A stretch of 64,000 nucleotides of DNA from Eledone cirrhosa. Lineage: Eukaryota. This document shows positions 1 through 11,676 of the stretch, one piece after another; the first letter of the stretch is position 1; every line of letters starts with the position of its first letter. The stretch is from positions 296,608,001-296,672,000 of the forward strand of contig OZ024741.1 of assembly GCA_964016885.1 (NCBI GenBank). The letters are read 5' to 3'. The translations under genes and the position numbers were made by a program. Under the pieces are notes generated by a model that saw only the letters and a program-made list of their open reading frames with translations, did not search any database and was not told the DNA's origin.

Positions 1-1330
1 CATGCTTTGACGCATGGAGTTACGGCCCTTTCCATTCTGAGTTCAAATCCCACCGAGGTTAATTTTGCCTTTCATCCTTACGGGGTCGATAAAATAAAGT
101 ACCAGTCATACACTGGGGTCGATTTAATCGACTTACCCCTCCCCCAAAATTGTTGGCCTTGTCTCGGTAGAGGGTCGGACGCCATGCTTTCCAGTATAGT
201 TACGTCCCTTTACGGTCTGAGTTCAAATCCCGTTCAGGTTAACTTTGCCTTTCATCCTTACGGGATCGATAAAATAAAATACCAGTAATGTACTGGATAA
301 ATTGCTGGCCTTGTGCCAAAAGTAGACGCAATTATTATTATCATCACTGCCATGTCACTAAATAGTGGATTTCTGCATATTTTTGGTGACTTTCTATTCT
401 CCTTTGATTTTCTTGTTTGTTACAGTTTGAAGCTTGTAGAATTAGGAATAAAGCACAAGAGAAAACAAGAGTTATTCTTGTTTCTTCTGCCAGAAGACAT
501 TGCAAGTGAGAGATGTCAACTGTCTCGACCAAACAAACTGATATTAATATAATTTTCAAAATGTAAAAATAATAAATAAAAATAAATGAATATAAAAATG
601 CCTGCCTTGTGTATTTTTCTTTGCCATACCACATCTGCCAGAAAAAAATAACTCAAGACATAGTTGAAGCACAGTAGTCAGAAAATCAATTGTCTGATAC
701 AGGTCAGTGACTTGGTTTTGGCAGTATCGGTAGAGCGTCAGACACCATGCTTTGCAACATAGAGTTATGGCCCTTTGTTCTGAGTTCAAATCCGCGAAGG
801 TTAACTTTACCTTTCATCCTTACGGGGTCGATAAAATAAAGTACCAGTGATGCATTGGGGTAATCGCTGGCCTTGTGCCAAAAGTAGAAACTATATAAAT
901 AAATAAATAAACCATTATTTAGGTGGATTGACAGTATCTGTAGAGGGTCGGACGCCATGCTTTGCAGCAAAGAGTTACAGCCCTTTATGGTCTGAGTTCA
1001 AATCTTGCCGGGGTTAACTCTGTTTTTCATCTTTACGGGGTCGATAAAATAAAGTACCAGTAATACACTTGGATAATTGCTGGCCTTGTGCCAAACATAG
1101 AAAGAATTATTTAGGAAGGGTATGGGCGTTTGATTGACATCAGGCAGTTGATTGGCAGTATCGGTAGAGCGTTGAACAACATGGTTTGCAGCATATAATT
1201 ATGGCCCTTTACGTTCTGAGTTCAAATTCTGCCGAAGTTAGCTTTGCCTTTCATCCTTACAGGGTCAATAAAATAAAGTACCAGTAACGCACTGTGCTTG
1301 ATTTAATAGACTTTCCCTTCTCCCCAAATT
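1..1330 (+). mobile_element. Cluster of five same-orientation copies of a tRNA-derived SINE (family S1): ~1-160, 165-330, 715-895, 920-1110, 1145-1330
   Basis: Each copy has box-A-like TGGCAGTATCGGTAGAG (where present), box-B-like GAGTTCAAATCC and the core GTTAACTTTGCCTTTCATCCTTACGGGGTCGATAAAATAAAGTACCAGT; most end in GGCCTTGTGCCAAAAGTAGAAACAATTATT-like tails. Confidence 0.9.
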
Positions 1331-1414
1331 ATATATATATATATATATATATACCTTCGGTTCGCTTTTCCTTCTTGTTGTTTACTTGTCTCACTCGCTT
1401 TACGCGTTTCACTT

Positions 1415-1516
1415 GTCCCAATAGCTTATTTTAGTTATTGCTCGCACCAACCTGAGGTATCTTATTTTTAATGCGATGAAATACCAATGATGGTTGGCAA
1501 ATCACTGATGAGGGAC
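1415..1516 (+). ncRNA. Candidate permuted/branched hammerhead-like RNA (family H), diverged copy
   Basis: GTCCC..[AATAGC/GTTATT]..[TCGCA/TGCGA]..GAAA..TGAT-loop-ATCA-CTGATGA-GGGAC; homologous to 18321-18421; the U of the putative UH site is mutated here. Confidence 0.35.
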
Positions 1517-2067
1517 TAATTTTATAATATGTAATCCATGTGCAACCACGCAGTATTTTTCTCCCCTTGTTTTTCATATTCTCCGTTATGTAGAGAACAA
1601 ATCTGTTGTTCTATTTAGCTGCTATTTTTAGTGGTGAGATAGACAACACGTCTATGTTTACTTCCGCTTTTGCTACGGACTGGTTCATGTATAGGTCAAA
1701 TTTCGGCCTCTTTTGACCCTATACTAGCTAGTAGAAGGCAATATATTTTGCCGTTCCTGGGACTTTTTGCCCTAGGAAAGGAAAATGCTTTCCGAAGATC
1801 TTCTCTTTTCCATTGGAGATCCCATGGATTTCTAATGTTTTGTGAAGTGAAACTGATCAGTAAAAGCTCTGGGGTGAGTAAATATTTAAATTATATTTTT
1901 TTAAAAATTGTTTGAATTTTGCTTGTTCTGCTTAGCTCAATATTATAGTTCTGGTATGTCAAAGTAATACCATTGAACAACCCTGTTTCATAGACACCCT
2001 ATATATTTCCAGGGGTACTTAGTACCCGTGGGCATATTAACTTCATTTATATATATATATATATATA

Positions 2068-2520
2068 TTTAGCAGCATTGATCAGAAGGTTACGTGTTCA
2101 CATCACGTCGGGGTCACCAATTTAGCAGCATTGATTATAAATGTTAATGAGACACGAGTAACATAATAATGATGTCAACAGCAGAAATTAGAGATGAAAT
2201 GTATGTTTATTTTTGTTGTAGCACAAATAATGTTGGTTAACTTGTATGGTTGAAGTTACACATAAAAATGAGGTTACAAAAGGGAATGTGCCATTGCGCC
2301 GGAAAGCCGGCAGGCTAAGGTGCAAAATCTCATCGTCACATGTTGTACGTGTTGCTGGTTCGCGGTTCCTGGTGCGAGAGAGATTCTTCAAATCTTCGCG
2401 GGTAATTTCTCCCTCAGGACGCGTAGGGATACATCCTCTTCTACTGGCGCTGATTGGCTGAGCTGAGCCAAATCACGCACAGAGAATGTATGTGAGCCCG
2501 CGGAATGTAAGGTCACTACA
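2068..2520 (-). mobile_element. LTR retrotransposon remnant (Gypsy-like): LTR ~2121-2520 + PBS + short internal stub + last 15 bp of a second LTR
   Basis: Minus strand starts TGTAGTGACC at 2520; PBS-like TGGTGACCCCGAC at 2119-2107; TTTAGCAGCATTGAT occurs at both 2121-2135 and 2068-2082; flanked by (TA)n. Confidence 0.65.
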
Positions 2521-2664
2521 TATATATATATATATATATATAAATGAAAGGTATAGAAAGTATTGTAGCAAGAAGCCAACAGTATTCCATAATATATAAG
2601 TGACTATAGCGTCAAAATGGGAAAATGGTTAACGTAAGATGTATATATATATATATATATATAC

Positions 2665-2980
2665 ATACGATATTAATAAATAGAAACTATATTTATAAAA
2701 CCATATTTATTTCATTATACATATTTCAGGGATACCACATTAAATTATGGTATGCCTTCATCAGACAAAATACAATATATTGTATTTTGTCTGATGAAGG
2801 CATACCATAATTTAATGTGCTATCCCTGAAATATGTATAATGAAATAAATATGGTTTTATAAATATAGTTTCCATTTATTAATATCGTATATCTACTCCA
2901 AAAATTTGTCGAGTGCTTTATATCAGTTATAAAAATATTTACTTGTTGTATCCCAACAACTTTAAATAGAACTTTTGCAT
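2665..2980. mobile_element. HHR-bearing PLE-terminus-like element, family A, inverted pair
   Basis: Left arm 2665-2778 is the reverse complement of the start of the right arm; (TA)n on both sides; HHR in each arm. Confidence 0.8.
2783..2847 (+). ncRNA. Hammerhead ribozyme motif (type I, family A)
   Basis: stem I TATTTTGT/ATGAAATA; CTGATGA 2791-2797; stem II hairpin; GAAA 2828-2831; stem III TATGTA; cleavage triplet AUA. Confidence 0.7.
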
Positions 2981-2995
2981 ATATATATATATATA

Positions 2996-3300
2996 TTGTT
3001 ATACTTGGGGAGGGTCATATTTGTGTAATATTGCCAGAATTAATAACAGAACACACTCACTGTTTGGTTGGTTTTCGCTTCTCGCTGTCTTTTATATCGG
3101 TAATCTAACTTACTCGGTCCTCAATGTTGCCATTGACTGACCGACGGTCAAAAATAATACAGATACAATATAGACACAAACACATATATATAGTTTATCA
3201 TAAATCTTTCGTTGCACATCTGCAACATCGTCAGTGGTGTTATATTTTCCTCCTGTTGTGTTGTATGTCTACGCCATTTTTTATTCAGTCTGTCTATATA
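2996..3300 (-). mobile_element. HHR-bearing element family B (HHR at ~3199-3238)
   Basis: Minus strand CTGACGA-T-GTTGCA-GATG-TGCAAC-GAAA-GATT-TA; 3' end GACCCTCCCCAAGTATAACAAT abuts (TA)n; homologues at 8555-8960, 44968-45630, 61935-62110. Confidence 0.75.
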
Positions 3301-3928
3301 TTTATTTGCTTGTTTGTTTATTTTATTTTGTCTTCTTTGCGCATGCGTTTGCGTGTGTGTATAGTGTTATGTTTGCTGTGTGATGGGTGACTAGTGTGTG
3401 TTTATGTGCTTGTTGTTATTGTGCTTGTGTATGTATTTATTTATCTTATTTTATTTACTTATTTATACTTCTCTTAGGTCAGTGTTGTTTGTTTGGGTGT
3501 TGTTGTTATTCCATTCATTCTTTCTGTTTAGCTTTGGTCTTCTAATTTCTATTTCACTGGCCTCTCTGATTTGCCTATCTGCTGGGTCATTTCTATGTTT
3601 AGATATTATTCTAATTTCTATGTTGTCTATGTTACCGTCATGTTGTTGTCTATATATATATAATAGGGTTATGGTATCGTAAGAGAGGTACAAAGAGGTG
3701 CGATGTTTTAACGGCTTGTAATTCACTCATTCATTTGCTTTTATATATATATACACACACACCACTAAGCTCGATTTTTCAAACCTATGAAGCGCTGAGA
3801 GAATAAATTTTAAAGAAAATGTAGCATGGTTTAAGCCTCCCAAATAACTGTCAATATAGTCAGTTGCAATAAAATAGTTTATAAAATAAGGTAAAGAGCC
3901 TTAGATGCGGAAAAAGAAGTTGGTATCG

Positions 3929-3990
3929 GCCACTATGAGGAATCGAACCTCGTATCTTCCAGATACGAGCTGAGTGCTTTAAACCTGGCA
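3929..3990 (-). other. tRNA-like fragment (probable SINE head or tRNA pseudogene)
   Basis: GGTTCGATTCC T-loop and CAG-CTCGTAT-CTG anticodon-like arm; D arm and acceptor stem incomplete. Confidence 0.4.
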
Positions 3991-5036
3991 ACATCATATC
4001 ATCTCCGTCTAAATTAAGGAGCTGAATCAAACAATTTTGAAAATGTAAACAATGTACACGAAGATTGATTTTTTTAAAACTTACGAAGTGCTGAGAAATA
4101 TAGTTTATAGAAAATGTAGTATGCTCAGACACGGAAAATAACTTATATAGTTTACAACTATATGCATATATATATATAATGTGTGTGTGAATGATCTATA
4201 TCTATCTGTGTATTTGTTTGTCAGTCTGTATTCACCTATGTAAGAAGCAAAAATGCCGCGTTTTGTTGCAGAGCAATTCCTATATCATTATCACCACCAG
4301 TAGCTCTATTAGCAACAATCGCTGTCACCACCACTACCACACCAACAGTTGTTAATGCCTTAATAGCAGCAGCAGTTGTAGTAAACAGCTAGCGCTGGCA
4401 GTAGTAGTAGCGAACTTTGTTTATTCTCTCAGTTCGATGGCTGGTCAATTATTATATACGTGACAAGGAAATATATGTATATATAAATTTTCAATAATAT
4501 AAAAAAATTATATATTTATATACATACATACATAAATACATACACATAGATTATCTTATATTTATTAATATATTTCTACGTGTAGGTACATACACGTAAA
4601 GGAGTTTTACCTGGAATATTTTAAAGATTTAATTCAAATTTGGAGTACAAAATATTGAATAGAGAAAAAGGTGGAATTAAAAGATTATATAAAAATCTCA
4701 ACATTGATATTGTTTACATTTGCTGTAAATGACAGAACTTCTGTGGTTAAAACTTTGTCTGTTTGTCTGATTAAAGGTAAGTCTAAGTCATATATATAAA
4801 TAGCACACCGCTCTCACCGTCTCTCTCTCACGTGTGTGCGTCCTTCGTTTTACGATCACACACAGTTTTCTTTAATTTCTGTGATTGAAAATGTCACTTA
4901 TATTTAACTTTATCAACATAATCGTAAACTCTTTCGAAAATCCCTGCAAAATATTCATTATTAAAAAAGTTACACTGAAATAAAATTTGGTTAGGGCATT
5001 AAACACACACAAACATGTGTGTGAGTGGTGTACTAC

Positions 5037-5091
<55 letters not shown>

Positions 5092-5094
<3 letters not shown>

Positions 5095-5370
5095 GGAGAC
5101 TCCAACCGTGAAGGTTGCATTTTTCAGGGTATGTCAATATATATTTATAAAACTAATCTATATTATATTTTATCTGATGAAAGCGCACCATAATCTGCCT
5201 TGGTGGCCCTTGAAATATGTATAATGAAATAAATATGGTTTTATAAATATAGTTTCCATTTGTTAATATATTGTATATTTACTCCAATTAATTTGTTGAA
5301 TGCTTTATATGAGTTATAAAAATATTTTGCTTGTTGTATCCCAACAAATTAAATATAACCTCTACACATA
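5092..5370 (+). mobile_element. Family A element with HHR at 5166-5231
   Basis: TATTTTAT-CTGATGA-AAGCGCACCA-loop-TGGTGGCCCTT-GAAA-TATGTA-TA-ATGAAATA; 3' hairpin TTGTTG-TATCC-CAACAA; between (TA)n tracts. Confidence 0.8.
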
Positions 5371-5417
5371 TATATATATATATATATAACATATTTGTAC
5401 ATTTTAAAGTAAACACA

Positions 5418-5459
<42 letters not shown>

Positions 5460-5484
5460 ATACTCTGCGGGGGGGGGGGGGGTC

Positions 5485-5750
5485 ATAAATAAATGGAAAC
5501 TATATTTATAAAACCATATTTATTCTATTATATATATTTCAAGAGTACCAAAAATGTTGGTACGCTATCATCAGATAAAATACAAAATGTTTTATAAATA
5601 TTTGACATGACCAAGGATAATATACCTTAACGGTTCAAGTTATCCCAGGAAAGTCATTGAATACTTACTCCAGAAATATGACGAATGCTCTGAATCAGTT
5701 ATAAACATCTATATTTGTTGGATTTCCAACAAATTAAATATCTCTTCTAC
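5485..5750. mobile_element. Family A, minus-strand HHR part (~5520-5582) joined to a plus-strand 3' part
   Basis: Minus: CTGATGA-TAGCGTACCAA-loop-TTGGTACTCTT-GAAA-TATATA-TA; plus part ends in TTGTTGGA..TCCAACAA hairpin. Confidence 0.7.
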
Positions 5751-5812
5751 ATATATATATATATATATTACATATATTTGTACATTTTAAAGTAAACACA
5801 ATGTATATATAT

Positions 5813-5958
5813 AGAAGTGGTAACAACAGTTAGTTCACCATACCGAGAACAATTGTTTCACCTTAGCGGATCTTCAGCTCGTACTACGAACTGAAGATCC
5901 GCTAAGGTGAAACAATTGTTCTCAGTATGGTGAACTAACTGTTGTGTTACCACTTCTA
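5813..5958. mobile_element. Short inverted pair (family E) with a minimal HHR in each arm (5844-5881 minus; 5887-5924 plus)
   Basis: CGAG-CTGAAGA-TCCGCTAAGGT-GAAA-CAATTG-TT-CTCG; ~65 bp arms. Confidence 0.7.
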
Positions 5959-6083
5959 CCTAACTCGTCCCATGGACTGAGTGCTCTACCACTACGGATA
6001 TTACCTTCCAGTGTTCTACCTCTCTTTCTCTCTCTCTCTATATATATTAAGTGAAATGACGGGAGGCCAGATATGTTGAATTT

Positions 6084-6119
<36 letters not shown>

Positions 6120-6124
6120 GATAT

Positions 6125-6491
6125 ATACGATATTAATAAATGGAAACTATATTTATAAAACCATATCTATTTCATTATACATATTTCAGGGATACCAAAT
6201 TAAATTATGGTATGCCTTCATCAGACAAAATACAATATATAACAGTTTTACAAATAAGCTTTTGACGTACCCTTTTAAAATGCAACCATTGTTTTTGGAA
6301 GCCATCCGGATAGTAGCATACCATAATTTAATTTGGTATCCCTGAAATATGTATAATGAAATAAATATGATTTTATAAATATAGTTTCCATTTATTAATA
6401 TCGTATATCTACTCCAAATACTTGTCGAGTGCTTTATATCAGTTATAAAAATATTTACTTGTTGTATCCCAACAAATTTAAATAGAACTTT

Positions 6492-6495
<4 letters not shown>
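6125..6495. mobile_element. Family A inverted pair (complete HHR in left arm ~6170-6232, minus)
   Basis: Same family A sequence; right arm is truncated inside stem II; flanked by (TA)n. Confidence 0.8.
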
Positions 6496-6529
<34 letters not shown>

Positions 6530-6535
6530 AACACA

Positions 6536-6717
6536 CGAGGGTTGGTTGAAAACTGACCAAGAGAATCTCATGGAATGACCAAATGAGGTTTTGTTTTCAA
6601 CATAGTCCCTGGAAACAATGCAGTTATTAATAAAAGTTGAAATTAATGCATGCAAGATTTCACAGCAATAACACTACTTCTTCATAGTCAGCCTATGAAC
6701 TTTTCAGCTAACGCTCG
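6536..6717. mobile_element. Mariner-like MITE
   Basis: Imperfect TIRs CGAGGGTTGGTTGAAAA / TTTTCAGCTAACGCTCG. Confidence 0.5.
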
Positions 6718-6719
6718 TC

Positions 6720-6980
6720 TGCGGACCCTAGCTCGGGTAAATATCCCCTCAGTTCTGGAGCCGGATGGATTATCTAGAAGTGATGAGAAAAGATCAGATG
6801 ACTATACCCTTTGTCCCTAGCTAAAGACAGGTGTCTCACCTGGAACGCCACAGTCAGTGACTTTTGCTCACTTCCCACATCATGGATGTCACGGTAAATG
6901 TGGGGGCCACTGCCTCCTTGCCGAACGGGATAAAATCCGAAAAGACCGGGAACTATCAAACAATTATTTTTGCAGCCTCT

Positions 6981-6982
<2 letters not shown>
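6720..6982 (+). pseudogene. REL-endonuclease fragment of a CRE-like non-LTR retrotransposon
   Basis: Manual translation with stop/frameshifts: RTLARVNIPSVLEPDGLSRSDEKRSDDYTLCP*..LTWNATVSD..GATASLAERDK, matching the EP..RPDG..WD.T..AE..K pattern. Confidence 0.65.
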
Positions 6983-7014
<32 letters not shown>

Positions 7015-7017
<3 letters not shown>

Positions 7018-7440
7018 AAAGTTATATTTAAAATTGTTGGGTTACAACTAGTAAATATTTATAACTGATATAAAAGCACTCGACAAATATTTGGAGTATA
7101 TTTACAATGTTAAATAAATGGAAACTATATTTATAAAACCATATTTATTTCATTATATATATTTCGGGGATATCATATTAACAATATGCTATGCCTTCCT
7201 CAGACAAAATACAATATAAACAGTTTTATAGATAAATAGATTCGACATACCGTTATAACACCGACTTGCATTTGAAGGCAAGTCGGTGTTATAACGGTAT
7301 GTCGAATCTATTTATCTATAAAACTGTTTATATTGTATTTTGTCTGAGGAAGGCATAGCATATTGTTAATATGATATCCCCGAAATATATATAATGAAAT
7401 AAATATGGTTTTATAAATATAGTTTCCATTTATTTAACAT

Positions 7441-7443
<3 letters not shown>
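7015..7443. mobile_element. Family A near-perfect inverted pair; HHR variant CTGAGGA in both arms
   Basis: Centre near 7272 (GACTTGC-ATTTGAAG-GCAAGTC); plus-strand HHR ~7335-7400. Confidence 0.85.
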
Positions 7444-7907
<464 letters not shown>

Positions 7908-8081
7908 CTTTCAATGGATCTTGTCTCACTTTTTTTTTTTCCTAATAGTTTAAATTCAGAGTACATATTCCTCTCCGAAATATATATTTAGCATATATAC
8001 AATATACTGTTTTCTCTGGATATATGGTTCTTTCTCTCTCCACATATTCGCATATATCTTTTACATTTGACTATTTATAAG

Positions 8082-8113
<32 letters not shown>

Positions 8114-8124
8114 TAAATTATATT

Positions 8125-8555
8125 ATTAAACTTTGGAAGGGTCATGCTGCCAATAAAAACACCTGTTGGTTTTCACTTCAATTTATTATAAATTTCAGTT
8201 GGTTGGTTGCTTTGATAACCGGATAGTTGTTTATATATTGTCAAAGCGCTTTCGTAACACATTCTATGACCTCCTTGGTGACTGGCTTTTTGTGTCTCTC
8301 CTTTCTTTTGTCTGACACCAAGATGGTGTCGGACAGAACAAAGGAGTGTGTGACTAAAGAGCTTTGACAATATATAAACAATCATCCGGTTATCGAACCA
8401 TTCAACCATCCAACCGGAAATTTATAATAAATTGAAGTGAAAACCACAGGTGCGTGTGTTTTTATTGGCAGCATGACCCTCCCAAAGTATAACAATATCT
8501 GTTTCAACAGATAAGAAATCTTGCAAAACAAATTAAAAAACGAAGTATATATATT
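8125..8555. mobile_element. Diverged inverted pair (family C) sharing its 3' module with family B; degenerate HHR
   Basis: Arms ~8125-8260 and ~8345-8495; minus strand GTCA-CCAAGGA..GAAA-GCGC-TT-TGAC. Confidence 0.6.
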
Positions 8556-8960
8556 AGTTTTGCAAGGTCTTTGATATGAAATCGTGTGTCGAAACAGATA
8601 TTGTTATACTTGGGGAGGGTCATATCGTTGTAATAATATAGCCAGAAATAATAACAGAACACACTCACTGTTTGGTTGGTTTTCGCTTCTGTATCTTTAA
8701 TAGTTAATTCATTCGGCAATCAATGTTTATCATTGACTGACCAACGGTCAAAAATACAGATATAAATACATATATATAGTCTAACAAAGTTCTTTCGTTG
8801 CACATCTGCAACATCATCAGTGGTACTATTATGTTTCCTCCTGTTGTATTGTATGTCTACGCCATTTTTATTTTATGTTTATTTATTTATTTATTTAAAT
8901 ACTGATGATGTTGCAGATGTGCAACGAAAAAACTTTGTTAGACTATATATATGTATTATA
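8555..8960. mobile_element. Family B inverted pair (HHR 8793-8820 minus; 8902-8929 plus)
   Basis: CTGATGA-T-GTTGCA-GATG-TGCAAC-GAAA in both orientations. Confidence 0.75.
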
Positions 8961-9664
8961 TATAGAGAGATTTAAAAGCCAACACTGGATAGATGTAAAC
9001 ACATTGTCTTTATATATAATAGCTTCGTGTCAGAAAACCGGTGTTGTACCTATATTTAATTATTATTAAAACAACAAATAAACAAACGGCGATGTATCGA
9101 TAATTCGAATGTTTTTTTTTTGTTTTTTCCAGTCGAAACACACTCAGATATAGACACATGCACACAGGGACCTAGCACACACACACATAGTCCGACAGAG
9201 ACAATCTCTAAATTTCTTGTATTTCACTCATTGGTTTAATTAATTATTTAGCCCAAAGTCACTAGGCTAATGAGGTCCCGAGTATCTTGAGCAAGTGTTA
9301 TTTACCATAGTCTCGGGGGTAGTGGAAGCTTGTGGAAGCCCGCCTGATAGGTTTGAACCTATCATTTAAATGTCCAGGCTTGTCACACGTACACACACTC
9401 TGTCACACGTGACTATGGAATATTCAACCACCTATACGAGCTGGACATTCGGTCATCGAATAACTGAGTAGTCATCATCGAAACCGGCGGAGGATCTCTC
9501 AACGTCATCATCATCAACACCACCGACTACATTATCAAACATCACTTTGTTACATATATTACTTGTTTCTAGCTGTTCGAGGACCCATATAGAGGTTAAC
9601 CTCATATTTGAAGTATTTGTGTCGGTTGTTAGTCATACGTAAGAAGTTAAGTCATTATCTGCTA

Positions 9665-10080
9665 ACAAGTGCTGTCACCACCAACACCACCACTGCTGTC
9701 ACCAGTATTACTAACAACACATTGTCACCAGTATTACTAACAACACATTGTCACCACTGTCACCAACACGATGTCACCACCACTCACTCCCACCACCACA
9801 ATCATTACTAATAACACAGTGTCACCACAACACCAACGTTACCACTAACATCACCAGCACTACTGTCACCCCATCACCAACATCACAACCACTACAACTA
9901 CCACCAACACTACTGTCACCACAACACCAACATCAAAACACAACCACTACAATCACGACCACCAATACTACTGTCACCAACATCATAGCACTACCACCAA
10001 TACTACTATCACCACAACACAATCACTACAACAACACAGCCACTACCGGTAAAACTACCACCAACACCAGTCACCAGTGC
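9665..10080. repeat. Degenerate (CAC/CAA/CTA)n low-complexity tract
   Basis: Recurrent CTACTGTCACCACCAACA-type units. Confidence 0.8.
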
Positions 10081-10213
10081 CGTATTATCCTGACTAGGCT
10101 GAAGCCGGGATGAGGTTTGAGGGGGGGGGGGGGGGGGGGGCAAGGGCTACAGGAATTAGACGCTAGAATTGACTGACCCTCTAGTTACTAGAGGGTCCGT
10201 AAATTCTTTTTTC

Positions 10214-10861
10214 GGCGATATCCAATTTTAGCTGTCTAAATGCCGCTTACTTGCTGCAGTTGCTGCTTACTTCAATGTATGAGGCTATTCCAACAAATTT
10301 ACATTCCCCCTTTTTTTTAGTCGTTAAAAGAAATATAGATTTATTTATTTTTTTTTTTTTGCGATTTATTAGAGAGGGGGGGGTGCTCCCTTCTTCTCTT
10401 ACCTGTATAAGCCGATATAGAGAGATGGCCCACGTACACGGGCCATTATTGCTACTTTCACCCATCTTTCATGGAATTGGCTGTGACTGAGTGCCTTTTT
10501 CTCCAAGAGGACCATTTGTTGGCCGGTGACATATCCCCACAGTTTCCTCGTCGCAAACGCATCTGGGACATTTCTTTTCCAAGTGGTTTCCGCCCGGAAT
10601 CCGTGTCTGTAGAGCCTTTCCCGAACGGGCAGGGCCCCTCGGTATAATAGTAAGTATTAGTGGTTGTAATAAAAATGCAGTAAGAGAAGAAGGGAGCAAC
10701 CCCCTCTCTAATAAATCTAAAAAAAAAAAAAAAAATCTATATTTCTTTTAACGGCTAAAAAAAGTGGGGAATGTAAATTTGTTGGAATAGCCTCATACAT
10801 TGAAGTAAGCAGCAACTGCAGCAAGTAAGCGGCATTTAGACAGCTAAAATTGGATATCGCC
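10214..10861. mobile_element. Non-autonomous DNA transposon with ~185 bp TIRs and 8 bp TSD (Merlin-like)
   Basis: TIR GGCGATATCCAATTTTAGCTGTC../..GACAGCTAAAATTGGATATCGCC; TSD CTTTTTTC at 10206-10213 and 10862-10869. Confidence 0.75.
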
Positions 10862-10919
10862 CTTTTTTCTGTAATAAGGAGAAAGATCGACGTGCCAGAG
10901 GACGTTGCAAATACCTGAA

Positions 10920-11105
10920 AGCCTAGTGGTTAGGATGCTTGACGTACAATCGTAATGTCGTCGGTTCGATTCCTGCACAGACTGCTGCGTTGTGTTCTTG
11001 AGCAAAACATTTTATTTCACGTTGCTCCAGTACACTCAGCTTAGATGACTACCAGCCAGTAGCTGGGGAGTTAAACCTGTGATAGACAGGCGTCCTGTCC
11101 AGTGA
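10920..11105 (+). mobile_element. tRNA-derived SINE family S2 (other copies ~12145-12290, ~19350-19560, minus ~22930-23000, minus ~55790-55880)
   Basis: Box A GCCTAGTGGTTAGG, box B GGTTCGATTCC, core TTGTGTTCTTGAGCAAAACA..TATTTCACGTTGCTC. Confidence 0.75.
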
Positions 11106-11115
11106 GAGTCAAGTA

Positions 11116-11676
11116 CTCTCGGGTCTCGAATAATGCCCCCCCCCCCCCCTCCCTGCTTATTAAATTTTGCTAATCTCTGGCGAAATTTTATTTTAAGTGG
11201 TAGCATTCCTGCGACATTTAGATTTCTTTAGACATTAAAAAACATTATACATGCGAAAAAAGTACATTACTAGAAAACCCATACGTTATCAAAAGTAAGT
11301 GTTGTATTAATTGTTTCTATTTTTGGCACAAGGCCAACAATTTACTGGTACTTTATTTTATCGACCCCGTAAGGATGAAAGGCAAAGTTAACCTCGGCGG
11401 AATTTGAACTCAGATCATAGTCATCTACATATTACATTTTAAGCAAAAAACGCTTTATAATAATTAAAACACATTTCATATCCTATGGCTTACTTTAAAA
11501 AATAAATTGTTTCTTAAAAAGAAACTTCTAAATTTGGGTGATAAAATTTTCGTGTAAGTAAACTAAACGACTAATTCTAGTTTTTTTAAAAATCAATGGA
11601 GACAACTTTGAAAAATTACTGATTTTCCAACCCCTACCCCGCTTATTCCACCCCGCTATTATTTTGGACTTGAAAG
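11116..11676. mobile_element. Tc1/pogo-like MITE at a TA site, containing a minus-strand S1 SINE fragment (~11310-11415)
   Basis: Imperfect TIRs CTCTCGGGTCTCGAATAAT / ATTATTTTGGACTTGAAAG with TA on both sides; absent from the paralogous site near 12300. Confidence 0.6.

Noticed and set aside
1670-2046. Minus-strand GIY-YIG remnant (KYIG..KRRSSESIF)
   Set aside because: Only two short motif-like matches separated by stops and frameshifts; insufficient support
3929-3990. Functional tRNA gene (also SINE heads at 10920 and 22930)
   Set aside because: No complete cloverleaf; box A/B motifs belong to SINE-like repeats
9608-10113. Thr/His-rich mucin-like ORFs (also Asp/Ser-rich ORFs at 54589-55214)
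   Set aside because: Degenerate trinucleotide low-complexity DNA; no start or splice context, no domain
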